Below are positions 29,978-40,599 of a DNA stretch of 57,643 bases, in pieces. The notes beneath the pieces are model-generated. The model saw only the letters and a list, made by a program, of their open reading frames with translations, was not told the origin of the DNA and made no database searches. This DNA comes from an uncultured Calditrichaceae bacterium (lineage in GTDB: Bacteria; Calditrichota; Calditrichia; Calditrichales; J004): contig CAYWBI010000007.1 in NCBI GenBank assembly GCA_964456445.1, forward strand, positions 1 to 57,643, given 5' to 3'. The translations under genes and the position numbers were made by a program. Each line of letters begins with the position of its first letter. The stretch's first letter is position 1.

Positions 29978-30493
29978 ATGGCTCAAAAACCTAAGATACA
30001 CAAAAGCCTTAAGGCCAGCGTAACGCAGCGTCTGGGTGTTGACACAGATATTACAATTGTATATAGCAGGCCCGCCGTCAAGGGCAGAAAAATATGGGGA
30101 GAACTTGTTCCTTATGGCATGTCCCCCGGGACAAAGCGTACAAAAGGCAAACCTTATCCCTGGCGGGCAGGCGCCAATGAAAACACGACTTTCGAATGCA
30201 ATAATGATATCCTAATCGAGGGTAAAAAATTAGCTGCGGGTAAATATGGCCTGTTTATGATACCATCGGAAAAAAACTGGGTTATCATATTTAGCCGCAA
30301 CAATTCTTCATGGGGCAGTTTTTCCTATAACCCGGATAATGATGCATTGCGTGTAAGCGTAACACCTATCGCGGCGCCTCATCACGAGTGGTTGATGTAC
30401 GAATATGAAAATTTAGCCGGTACATCTGCAACGGCCTATCTCCGCTGGGCAAAACTAAAGGTGCCATTCACTATAAAAATCGCAGATAAGTGA
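29978..30493 (+). CDS. DUF2911 family protein, probably 5'-truncated
   Basis: YSRPAVKGRKIWGELVPYG, WRAGANENT, AGKYGLF, DALRV; no complete signal peptide. Confidence 0.85.
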   Translation: MAQKPKIHKSLKASVTQRLGVDTDITIVYSRPAVKGRKIWGELVPYGMSPGTKRTKGKPYPWRAGANENTTFECNNDILIEGKKLAAGKYGLFMIPSEKNWVIIFSRNNSSWGSFSYNPDNDALRVSVTPIAAPHHEWLMYEYENLAGTSATAYLRWAKLKVPFTIKIADK

Positions 30494-30547
30494 AAAGCGA
30501 GTTTTAAGAATCATGCACGTTTATATTACCCCGGTGCTGAGGAAAAT

Positions 30548-32422
30548 TTAAAAGGCAAAATAAATTCCGAGATGGAAAGCATCAGGTCCGGGATCGATGG
30601 GACGGCGTAATAACTTATAGCCATAATCCAGGCGGACCGGGCCCAAAGGTGTGATCAAAGCCAGACCCGCACCGGCGGATATACGAATATCGCTGATTTT
30701 GAAATCCCCGACTTCACGCCAAACGTTGCCCCCATCCACAAACACCTCGCCAACCAAAAGCCAAAATAAGGGTATGCGCATTTCTATATTACTTAGATAA
30801 AGTAGCTTTCCACCGGCCGCAAGAGAGATATGCCCTTTACTGTCGAGCAAGGCAGCAGGCCCTAACAACTGTTCCTGATATCCGCGAACGGTGCTGGCCC
30901 CACCGGCATAAAAAAGCTCCGTAACCGGAATGTTCTTGGCTTGCCCAAGTTCGAGTATGGCTCCTGTCTTGACCCTTGATGCCAATGTAATATCGAAATG
31001 ATGACCGAATAATTTTAGCGGCACAGGCTGATAACGCTGCCAACTGCTTATAAGGGTTACAAAACTGTTATTATTTGCTTCACCGGTTGTAAGAGCGCCG
31101 CGGGTCCGGGAAATACTAACGCTCAGATCCGAAAGCGCTCCATCCTTTGGCGTAAACAGGTTTTGCCGCGTATCTCGTTTTCCATAAAAAGACAATGCAT
31201 AAATTTTATCCTGCCCCTGGGGAAAATCTACAACAAGGGTCGGATCTATGATTTGATTACTTAAATTCTCTAATAATTTTGCACTAAGCGTCGCATTTAT
31301 TTCATAGTTCTCGGGGAACTTATGATGCAGGCCAAACGAGGCACGCAGCAAGTTAAAGTCCGCGATACTTGGCAATCGGGATAAACGGTAAGAAATTTGG
31401 AACGTGCCGGGTGTACGGGTAAATCCGATCCATGGTTCCACAAATTTAAAAGCAATCAGGTTCTCGGCATTTAGTATTTTACCGGAGGAACTTTCATATA
31501 AGAATGCAGGCGTTATCTGCAGACTTACTGCCCGGGCGGTGCCAAACAAATTCCGATGCCCGCCTTCCATGGTAAATTCCAGCTTACTCCCGTATGATAA
31601 ATCCTGTTCATGGGCCACGCCCACATAAAACTCTATCCAGCGGGCTTCCTTTTCCTGTATCAGGATATTCAGATCGGCCTTATCCGCATCGCCTTTAACA
31701 GGGTTTATTTCGATACGGACATAGCGGAACAATCCGGTGCCATACAGGTTTTGCTGGGACAGATCGAGTTTTTTACGACTATAGCGACTACCTGGTTTTA
31801 TTTCCAGTTCGCGACGAACGATAAACTTTTGGACTTCCTTTAAACCACTGTAGGTAATATTCCGAATATAAATTGTTTGATTTTCTTTGATGACAAAGTT
31901 TGCATACACCAGTGTGTCCTGCTCAAAATCATAATTTAATTTTATCTGGACAAAGGGCTTACCGGAATCATAATATAGATTTTCGATTTTCTTTCGGGCA
32001 GCGTTTATACGGCTTTCATCAAAAGGCGCGCCGGGCGAAAAATCTTCAAACAGTTCATCAATTTTATCCATCGGCATTTCTTTTACGCCGGAAAAACGGG
32101 TTCCGGCATAGAAATAGCGGGGCCCGCTATTAATAATATAACGGATTTCCACATGTGATCTTTGTTGTGAATATGAAAGACTATCGTCAATGCTTACCGT
32201 GAGATAGCCCTGCTTACGGAAAAAATTACTTAAAAGTATCCGGTCTAATTTTGTAAAACGCAACTCAAAAGGTTCATCTTCCGTCAGTCGGATAACTTCC
32301 TTAAGTTGCTTTTCGGAATAATTTGAATTATTGACAAAGCTAATTTTATCGATCACCGTTTCAGCCTTTAGATGAGGCAAAACGCTAACGAACACCAAAA
32401 ATATGAATAAATATTTTTTCAT
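30548..32422 (-). CDS. tamA: Omp85-family outer membrane protein (TamA/BamA-like, 3 POTRA domains)
   Basis: Signal peptide, POTRA repeats, FYAGGASTVRGY, TPLGPVRLDYG, terminal F; downstream of tamB. Confidence 0.85.
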   Translation of the reverse strand: MKKYLFIFLVFVSVLPHLKAETVIDKISFVNNSNYSEKQLKEVIRLTEDEPFELRFTKLDRILLSNFFRKQGYLTVSIDDSLSYSQQRSHVEIRYIINSGPRYFYAGTRFSGVKEMPMDKIDELFEDFSPGAPFDESRINAARKKIENLYYDSGKPFVQIKLNYDFEQDTLVYANFVIKENQTIYIRNITYSGLKEVQKFIVRRELEIKPGSRYSRKKLDLSQQNLYGTGLFRYVRIEINPVKGDADKADLNILIQEKEARWIEFYVGVAHEQDLSYGSKLEFTMEGGHRNLFGTARAVSLQITPAFLYESSSGKILNAENLIAFKFVEPWIGFTRTPGTFQISYRLSRLPSIADFNLLRASFGLHHKFPENYEINATLSAKLLENLSNQIIDPTLVVDFPQGQDKIYALSFYGKRDTRQNLFTPKDGALSDLSVSISRTRGALTTGEANNNSFVTLISSWQRYQPVPLKLFGHHFDITLASRVKTGAILELGQAKNIPVTELFYAGGASTVRGYQEQLLGPAALLDSKGHISLAAGGKLLYLSNIEMRIPLFWLLVGEVFVDGGNVWREVGDFKISDIRISAGAGLALITPLGPVRLDYGYKLLRRPIDPGPDAFHLGIYFAF

Positions 32423-32494
32423 TATAATCTTTTTATTTCCGCTTACACCATAGCATTGAGCGATATTAAAACGGATGTATATGCATGCATTAAA

Positions 32495-35400
32495 TTAAAA
32501 CGAATATTTCCATGAAAGCCCCAGTTGCACCTTATTGTTACCCAGCGGAACCGTTTTTTCATAATAACTTTTTAAGCTCCAAAAATGATTGATTCGATAC
32601 TCCAGCCCTATGCGGTTCCCTGCATCCCAACTTAGTTTCGGAGTTGGGACATTGCTGCCAAAGTTTGTTCTGTATTCAACATATAAATCACTTGTTAAAT
32701 ATTTGCCAAAGGAAATCGATGCCTGTGCCAGACCGTTGTTCAGCTTTAATTTTTCCAAATCAAGAAGTTTGTCACTCGAGCTAATTTCCACCTTATCCAG
32801 ACCTGTTACGTTTTCTACCCCGCGCTCCGCTGCGGTAAGCAAAGAATTGGTCGCGACGTCTTCGCCAACCCCGCGTACGGCGCTGCCGGTATTGTTCCCC
32901 ATAGTGGAAAGGTCCGCTCCAAGGGAAAGCAAGGTCAGTTTTTCCTGCTCGGACAAAGCCAGTTCTTCACCGCTTTTCTGATCAATTACCCGAATATCCT
33001 GGCGTATATGGTCAAGGTTCCCCATGATGGTCAGTTCAAAAATCTTTCCGTCACTCTTACGTTCGGTCAGTATATTCAAATCCGGGTTTATACGCAGAGG
33101 ATTTGTAAAATCGATGGTTCCTGAAACCACATTAAAACTTTGGTTTAGAGTGGAAAATTTCCCGGACTTTGTTTCCAGAACACCAGTCAATAACATGCGG
33201 TTGCTGCCTGCTTCGATTATGGCCCTTAGGTTGCCGCCCATGGCAATCCTAAAATTATTACTCAGATCAAAACCTGCATTACGGACGACAAAATTCCCAG
33301 GTACATCGATTTGCAGATTAACGTCTGTAAACGGCGGCCCTGCCTTGGACGAAGGTTTGTTCAAATTGGCATTCTTGGCCATTTGGGTCAAATCGACAAT
33401 AAACTCCCCGCCGGGTATGCCCAGGATGCCACTGATGTAGAGGGTGTCCTGCCCCTTGATAGATAAGTTATCGGTATTTAACAATAACCTGGCATTTTCA
33501 ACAAAATAATCCACATAAAATTTTCGGGTTTTTATATTCAGGTTCAATTTGGGCCGGTTTAGATCAGCCAGGCCAATGGTTCCGCTGATATCCATAATTC
33601 CTTTTTCTTTTTCGCCGGGAAGCATCCAACTCCACAAAAAGGAAAGATAACTATAACTTTTTTCCAGGAAATCTTTTTTCTTTTCCGATTTTCCATGGAA
33701 CTTATGGATGGTCATAATGTTGTCTTCTATGTCCGCATTCAGGGTCACATTTTTTATTGGGTCCTTAACCCGCGAGAGCAAGATGGTGCCGTCGTCAAGA
33801 TGGATATATCCGCTGGCAATGGCCGGTTTACCAGGAGTGCCAGTAATTTCCAACGCAAGTTCATACGGGCCGCTTATCGATTCGATCTGCGGGTTTAGCA
33901 AACCCAAAAACGCAAGCTGATCATCCTTACTGTTTATATAAAAATCAAGGGGGTTATCCGCTAATGAACTGTCACGGGCGTCCACCCCTAAATCTATTTG
34001 CTGCCAACCGCGAGCGTTAAATGAGGTGCCGTTTATATCGGCGCTTAAACTGTCCAAAATCATATAACCGCTATTATATTGCCCAAACATGACAAGCGAA
34101 TCAATTTTAAAGTTTTGATAGGTGAAATTCCTCATACGCAGGGATTGTTTCATCAAAGGCTCGCCCAGGTCGCCACTGATCGAAAGATAGCCGCCAATCC
34201 GGCCTTTAAGCGGCTTTTTTATCCGCAACAGTTTGTTATAATTCGATAAATCGATGTTGCTCCAGTTCAGGTCTAAATTTGTACGGGTCTGACGAATGAG
34301 TTCATATATCTGGCCTAAATTTTTTGTGAGGGCCAGGTTCAAATCCCCCTTTGCAGAAATAAGCGCATTTTGATAACGGGAAGTAAAACGGTTGATAGAC
34401 AAACTGTCTTTGTGAAAACTGATATCCGCATCCATCATCCCCAGGGGCGCGTCAACAAATACCAGGTCGGTGCCGGATAATTTAATTTGTGCATCCGGGA
34501 TTGAATCACGCAGAGAAAGTTTCACCTTACCTGAGACGACCCCACTGGTAACAGATTGCGGATCGAGAAAGCGTTGAAATGGCTCTAGGGCTATATGATT
34601 TAAACCCAGGTCCAAACTACCCGCGGTATTATAAAGGTTATAGCTGCCCGAGGCAAGAAGTACTGTGTTTTGTGGCCCATAAAGATTAAAGCCCTTTAGA
34701 GAAAGCATCTCCGATTTTTGAACAAAGTGAATATCCGTTTTATTACTCAGCACATAATCCTGATAAGCCATCTTTAGTTCATTTATATTAATGGCCATGC
34801 TGTCCGGTTTTGAAATAATATCCAATGATGTTTGCACAAAATTTGGACCGCTATATATCTGGGCTTCGGGGATGGAAATAATGCCCCCTTCAAAGATGGC
34901 ATAAATATATACATCATTAACCGGCGTATCATACACATTTCCATTGTTTATATTAAAACGTCCACCACCGGAGGGTTTGCTTAATAAGTTATTAAAAAAG
35001 AAATCCAGAGAGAGGCTGTCAAGGGTCACCGCGCCATATTTAAAATTCCTGGTAACTAATTCGCCGGAAATATCGGGATCGGATAGTTTTCCAAATGCAC
35101 GGAAATTTGTATAAAAACTTCCTTCCAACGAATCAATCCCGACCGATTTTCCTAATTTATCCAACTGACCATTAAGCGCTGTAATGCGCACATCTAATTC
35201 TCTTTTTGCCGAAAGTCGGCCATAGATACTGAACTCTGCCTGATCCGTAAGACGAACAAAAGATGGTTGGGCAAGATATAAAGCGCCATCCTTGCTATCC
35301 AACTCAATACGTAGTGAATCCATTGAAAACACATCATAGCTGCAGGAATGGGCAACAAGAACACTGTGTACCCTGGGCTTACGCACGGATATCTCCGGTA

Positions 35401-36535
35401 TGGAAAAACTCAGCGTGCCGTTTATTTCCGACCGGGCCAATGATGGCATAAATTGATGAATATCGAATTTTTCAATTCGTATCGAACCGCTGGCCTGACG
35501 CAAATTACGGACAAGTCCACTAAGTGAAAGCTTCCCCGCCGTACTGTTGACAGATAGGGTATCGACTTTTATCAGACCATGATCGTAACCGGCCTTTAAC
35601 GTTAAATTTTCCAGGCGTCTGGCACCGGCTGTTCCAGAAAAATGGGATTCTATATTAAAATCCAGAGGTTCTCCTATTATAACCGTCTCGCCATGTAATA
35701 AACTTTTTGTCAGGATTGAATCCGCGCTAAAAGTTGCAAGGTCCAGCCCATTGAAAAGGAAATCATCGAAAGTAACAATAAAACGCGGAACTTGCCCCAG
35801 CTCTACATCCGCGGTTAGCTCCAGATGGGAATTAGCGGTATATAATTTAAATTTATTTAAAACCAGGTGACCGCGCTCGGCAATCAAATGAAAACCGAAA
35901 TCACGCACGGATAATTGCCGTGCAGGCCAGTCCGCCGCAAGATGTTCTACGTTTATATTCAGTCTGTCTTTAGTGCCCCTCAGATTAAAACGGATAAGAA
36001 TATTTTCAAATTCCCTGTCTGTCCCAACCAGACGGACTGTTTTCATAAGGACTTCAAGCGCATCAATCTTAATATCCGGTAAACGGTCAAGGATTTTATC
36101 GACAAACCGGCCTTTTTGCAGGCGGGCCAGCAGTGAATCCAGATTAAAGGTTGATTTTGTTTTATTAACTTCCATACCAAGTTGATCCACAACAACTGAA
36201 TCCAGCCGAATTTCAGAAATACGGATTTGTTTATGAATTAGTGGCCAAACATCATATACAAGATGTGCCCCACTTAGACCAATCTTGAATTTATCCTTGA
36301 TCGTGATATCAAGCTGTGAAATATTTACAGTGTGAAACAGACTACCGCTAATAGATTTGTATTGAATTTCAATATCCGGGTTCAGTTTTTCATTCAGGCG
36401 TTTTTCAACAGCCATGCTGACGGCATTGGTTTGCCAATACAGCATAATTACAATGCCAATTGCCAGGCCAATGCCGATAAGAAGTGTCAGCAATGATTTA
36501 CTGACAATGGATATGATGCTTTTGAATAAAGACAA
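32495..36535 (-). CDS. tamB: TamB/AsmA-like translocation and assembly module protein
   Basis: 1346 aa, N-terminal anchor, beta-rich repeats, C-terminal DUF490-like (INPDLNI...GKYLTSDLYVEY...LEYRIN...WKYSF). Confidence 0.85.
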   Translation of the reverse strand: MSLFKSIISIVSKSLLTLLIGIGLAIGIVIMLYWQTNAVSMAVEKRLNEKLNPDIEIQYKSISGSLFHTVNISQLDITIKDKFKIGLSGAHLVYDVWPLIHKQIRISEIRLDSVVVDQLGMEVNKTKSTFNLDSLLARLQKGRFVDKILDRLPDIKIDALEVLMKTVRLVGTDREFENILIRFNLRGTKDRLNINVEHLAADWPARQLSVRDFGFHLIAERGHLVLNKFKLYTANSHLELTADVELGQVPRFIVTFDDFLFNGLDLATFSADSILTKSLLHGETVIIGEPLDFNIESHFSGTAGARRLENLTLKAGYDHGLIKVDTLSVNSTAGKLSLSGLVRNLRQASGSIRIEKFDIHQFMPSLARSEINGTLSFSIPEISVRKPRVHSVLVAHSCSYDVFSMDSLRIELDSKDGALYLAQPSFVRLTDQAEFSIYGRLSAKRELDVRITALNGQLDKLGKSVGIDSLEGSFYTNFRAFGKLSDPDISGELVTRNFKYGAVTLDSLSLDFFFNNLLSKPSGGGRFNINNGNVYDTPVNDVYIYAIFEGGIISIPEAQIYSGPNFVQTSLDIISKPDSMAININELKMAYQDYVLSNKTDIHFVQKSEMLSLKGFNLYGPQNTVLLASGSYNLYNTAGSLDLGLNHIALEPFQRFLDPQSVTSGVVSGKVKLSLRDSIPDAQIKLSGTDLVFVDAPLGMMDADISFHKDSLSINRFTSRYQNALISAKGDLNLALTKNLGQIYELIRQTRTNLDLNWSNIDLSNYNKLLRIKKPLKGRIGGYLSISGDLGEPLMKQSLRMRNFTYQNFKIDSLVMFGQYNSGYMILDSLSADINGTSFNARGWQQIDLGVDARDSSLADNPLDFYINSKDDQLAFLGLLNPQIESISGPYELALEITGTPGKPAIASGYIHLDDGTILLSRVKDPIKNVTLNADIEDNIMTIHKFHGKSEKKKDFLEKSYSYLSFLWSWMLPGEKEKGIMDISGTIGLADLNRPKLNLNIKTRKFYVDYFVENARLLLNTDNLSIKGQDTLYISGILGIPGGEFIVDLTQMAKNANLNKPSSKAGPPFTDVNLQIDVPGNFVVRNAGFDLSNNFRIAMGGNLRAIIEAGSNRMLLTGVLETKSGKFSTLNQSFNVVSGTIDFTNPLRINPDLNILTERKSDGKIFELTIMGNLDHIRQDIRVIDQKSGEELALSEQEKLTLLSLGADLSTMGNNTGSAVRGVGEDVATNSLLTAAERGVENVTGLDKVEISSSDKLLDLEKLKLNNGLAQASISFGKYLTSDLYVEYRTNFGSNVPTPKLSWDAGNRIGLEYRINHFWSLKSYYEKTVPLGNNKVQLGLSWKYSF

Positions 36536-36581
36536 CTTTTGCGTCCACTTTTATTAATTAAGGAGATATTTTATTTAATAT

Positions 36582-37729
36582 CTATTCTACCCGTGAAGTA
36601 GATGTTTGTTCGTTCTGAGCTGTTTGGGCCAATACGCTATCGGCAAAATTTACTCTTTTCTTTACAGATGGATGACTATGAAAAAGAAATTCAACCATCC
36701 CCCCGGCTCAGGATCGCTTAGATTAAACTGTCCCAGTTTCTTCAAGGCTACCACAAAAAGCCAGGGCTTTGTGCTATGTTCCAATGCATATCGGTCAGCC
36801 TGATACTCATTCCGTCTGCTGATTACATTATTTATTGGTGCGAAAAGAACCGAAATAAATGACAGGATAATTACCAGCAGCGGTAGCGCAGCCAAATCGG
36901 CAACGCCATTAAAGTTAAAGTAGGTAATACTTTTGACATAAATTGATGCCGCAAGAAATAGACTGCCAAAGGTAACCACCGTGCCAATGACCGTTCCGGT
37001 TAAAATATGTTTATGAACATAGTGGCCGACTTCATGAGCAAAAACGGTTTCAATTTCATCTGCTGAAAAATTTTCCAGCAAGGTGTCGCCTATTATAATT
37101 CTTTTACTTTTCCCAAATCCGGTAAATGCGGCATTGGCTTTTTTTGTTGTTTTGCTTATATCAAAACGGTACACACCATCAAGATCGAAATTTCCTTCAT
37201 CCGCTAATCGTTGCATCCTAACCATCAATTGCGGATCATCCAGTTTTTCAAACTTATAAAAAAGTGGGAAAATTAATTGAGGGGCCAACTTTCCAAGCAC
37301 AATTGAAAAAACAAACATTATCGAACCAAACCACAGCCACCATGTTTCCGGGTATTCAATCAGGAAAAAATAAAAAACTTCCAATAAAGGTAGAGTAATA
37401 ACCGATGCAACCATCATGGCTTTGCTTTCTTCCCATAACCATTGAACAAAATTCTGGTTTGATAAATTAAATCGGTGTTCCAGCCAAAAACCGTTGAGAT
37501 AAGTTATCGGAAATAGCAAGATAACAAAACAGGTACCGGCAACTGCAACGAAAAAAAGAAGTTGTACATATGGGCTGCCCACAATTGTTGAAACCAAGTC
37601 CCGCAACATTTCAGAGAATCCCAAAAGAACAAAAGCCATCAGGGCCGTGAGAGACAGCAAAGTTGAACTTATCGAAAAAATTAGATTTAATCTTTGATAT
37701 TTTTTGGATATTAGATGACCACTTTTCAA
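36582..37729 (-). CDS. M48 (Ste24/HtpX-like) Zn metallopeptidase with a frameshift near the 3' end (~36697)
   Basis: TM-rich N-terminus, NAAFTG, AHEVGH, EYQADRYA; the expected VEFLFHSHPSVKKR tail is in another frame ending at TAG 36582-36584. Confidence 0.88.
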
Positions 37730-38146
37730 TATGGGATTTCCTTATTGACGGATAAGCAATTTTAAATTATAGAACCCGAAGGTCTGATGTTAATCTATTA
37801 ATGTTAAAGCTGAACCATATTTAATTTAAATAAACATAGAATCCTCATGTCAATAGGTAAACAAACCGACCGTACATAATCGGCATTAGATTTATACTAT
37901 TTTATAAGTAATGGACGTTTAGAATTATTAGATATGGGAAAAAGTTAAAGATAATCATTTTTTGAATGCTTCCAAATCACAGAAAATATAAAAAAGGTTG
38001 TAAATAAAAGGTTTTTACGTAAAAAATCAAAAATTTGTGAGATAACCCGCATCAACAGTACCTGAATTAGTATATGCTAGATTTAGTTCATAGCTTTTAT
38101 TTTAATAAGGAATGAATAACATTATTTATAATCAAGGAGGATCATC

Positions 38147-40391
38147 ATGAAAAACATACTTCTTTTTGCCATCCTTTATCTAGGCATCGGCTTCGCACAA
38201 CAGATGCCGGGCGCGGGATTTCGGTTACCGGATTCTCATATTGACCTGCAATATTCAAATATCACTTCATCAAATGTTACAACCACGAATGATAGTGGTT
38301 TTGTCTTTTCCACAACGACTTATACCTTTAGCGATTTGGTTGTTTTTAGCTATTTTGACAATTCACGCTTCAATTTATATGATCAATCCGGTACAAAAAT
38401 TGACAGCATTTCCCTAAACAGTGATGAGTATCATTCTTTTAGTCCTGTCAGCGGACAAGGTATCTATCGTGTTACCGGTAATCAATCATTCACACTTTTG
38501 GTTGGTGATCCGGTTACAAATAATATTATGGGGTTTTTTGCAGTTGACCAGGCAGGTAAACCACTTTCAACCCATCTTGAAACCTTTATGCCAAAATACT
38601 GGAGTGGGAGTGAACTTTTTATTGTTTTTGCCTATTCAGATGGTACCGAATATACAATTAAGAACCTAACCGACTCAACAACCATAGCCGCCGGAATCCT
38701 TAACAAAGGCGAACATGTATCCCTTAACAATGTACAGGGAAAGTTCTTAAAAGTTACCGCGAACAACCTTGTTTCGGCTCTAAGCTATGCGGATCAGGGA
38801 TATTTTATTCCTGCTGATAATGGTACATTTGCTGGAATAAATTTCTATGGTTTTTCAGGCTATATTGGGAGCTGGCTGAATGGGATTGTTGTAACAGCTT
38901 ATAATGATTCAACGGAATATCTGATTCTGAACACGGTAACCGGTGATACAATCCAGAGTGGTATGCTCCAATATGCTGAAGTGGCCTCACCAACCATTTC
39001 AGGCGAAACTTATTTTCAGGTTATGACCAATAAACCGGTTACAGTAAGCAACACACCTTATGCAGGATGGAGTGGAAATTATTATTATCTTACCCGCCAG
39101 ATTGATGAAAGCGGTCAGGGTATCGGGACACATTTTATCACACCTGTGACGCCGGGGAACTATGATTTATTTTCATTTGAAGATAACAACCATATACTGG
39201 TCAAAAATACAGTGACGGGAGATACAATCTATCAGGCCGTTCTTGCAAAAGGAGAACATTATAACTTCACCTCGAGCAAGACAGTTTATGACATAAGCGG
39301 AACAGCAAATCTTTCCGCAATTGCATCTTATGGCGGTGGCTACGGCGCAGATTTTGTCCCGCTTAATTTTGCAACCGGATTACCAGATCTCGCCATATCC
39401 AGCAGAGACATTATCTTCGATCCGGATTCTGCTCAAAATGTGGGGGACCCCATTTTAGTGACGGCAATGATTCATAATTATGGATACACAACCGCCTACG
39501 ATATCCCGGTTGAATTCTTCGATGGTGATCCTGCTGGTGGAAATACGATCAGTGGATTATTAACGATCGATTCAATCCCGCCCAGGCACAGCCGAACACG
39601 TGCAAACACAATGGAAAACACCGGCCAATCCTGAGTATCATGCCGTTCATGTCGCCATTGATTATGAACAAACAATTTTGGAATCAAACACATCCAACAA
39701 CTCTGCATTTAAAAATCTCGTTCCAAATAAAGATTTACTGCCGCCGCTGGTTACAATTATCGAAGCGCCGGCAAGCGTGAACACTGCAACGGGTGACACG
39801 CTGGATTTCAATACATTCGATATTCAGGTACAGGTCTTTAATAGTGGAACAGTTACGGCGGATACGGTCACTGCTTTACTTCACCTTCCAACCGGGTTGA
39901 CAATTGCCGATGGCAGTGACTCCCTTTTTACCATCGGGAATATGGCAAGCAATGCGACAGTAACCCATACCTGGAGAATAAACATCACCAGTTTTCAGGA
40001 TATCGCCGCATTCTTTTATTCTGTGACGGTTGATGCAAAAAACGCCGAGACAAAGGATGTGAACCGGATGCTGGTCATCAATTACCCCACAGCCCTAGAA
40101 AGAAAAGGCCGGGCCCACGCCCCGGAAAATTTTGCACTGTTGCAAAACTATCCGAACCCTTTTAATCCTGCAACTAATATCGAATTCCACGTTAATAAAA
40201 CAAGCCGAATTGTTTTAGATGTTTATGATCTGAGCGGCCGAAAGGTTGAGACACTGGTTCAAAGCAGGCTCGCACCAGGATTTTACAAAACGCGTTTCGA
40301 CGGCAAGGGCCGAAGTAGTGGCATTTATTTTGTCCGTTTACAAATTGACGGGTTGGAAAGAGGCTTTATGAAAATGACCCTGATAAAATAG
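38147..40391 (+). CDS. Secreted repeat protein with CARDB domain and T9SS/FlgD-like C-terminal sorting domain; one extra base near 39581
   Basis: RBS AAGGAGG, signal peptide, four internal repeats, PDLAIS...IHNYG (CARDB). Removing one C at 39581-39583 gives SIPPGTAEHVQTQW...ILESNTSNN and fuses to the ORF ending NYPNPFNP...SSGIYFVRL. Confidence 0.8.
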
Positions 40392-40439
40392 TTTGTATTC
40401 ATGCGATCTGTATCAGAAAAGTATAAACAATAATATGGG

Positions 40440-40465
40440 GCCGCCTTTTATAAGGCGGCTTTTTT
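40440..40465 (+). terminator. Rho-independent terminator
   Basis: GCCGCCTT-TTAT-AAGGCGGC followed by T6. Confidence 0.85.
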
Positions 40466-40599
40466 ATTATAGTTGAATTACATTCATTTCGAATTCCTGC
40501 TTTGCGGCTATTGAATGATTTCCCTATATTGATCCGTCCGATTATATTTATTGCTCAAACCGGTTCAATCCTTATTAAAACGCACCTGAAAGGGTATTC

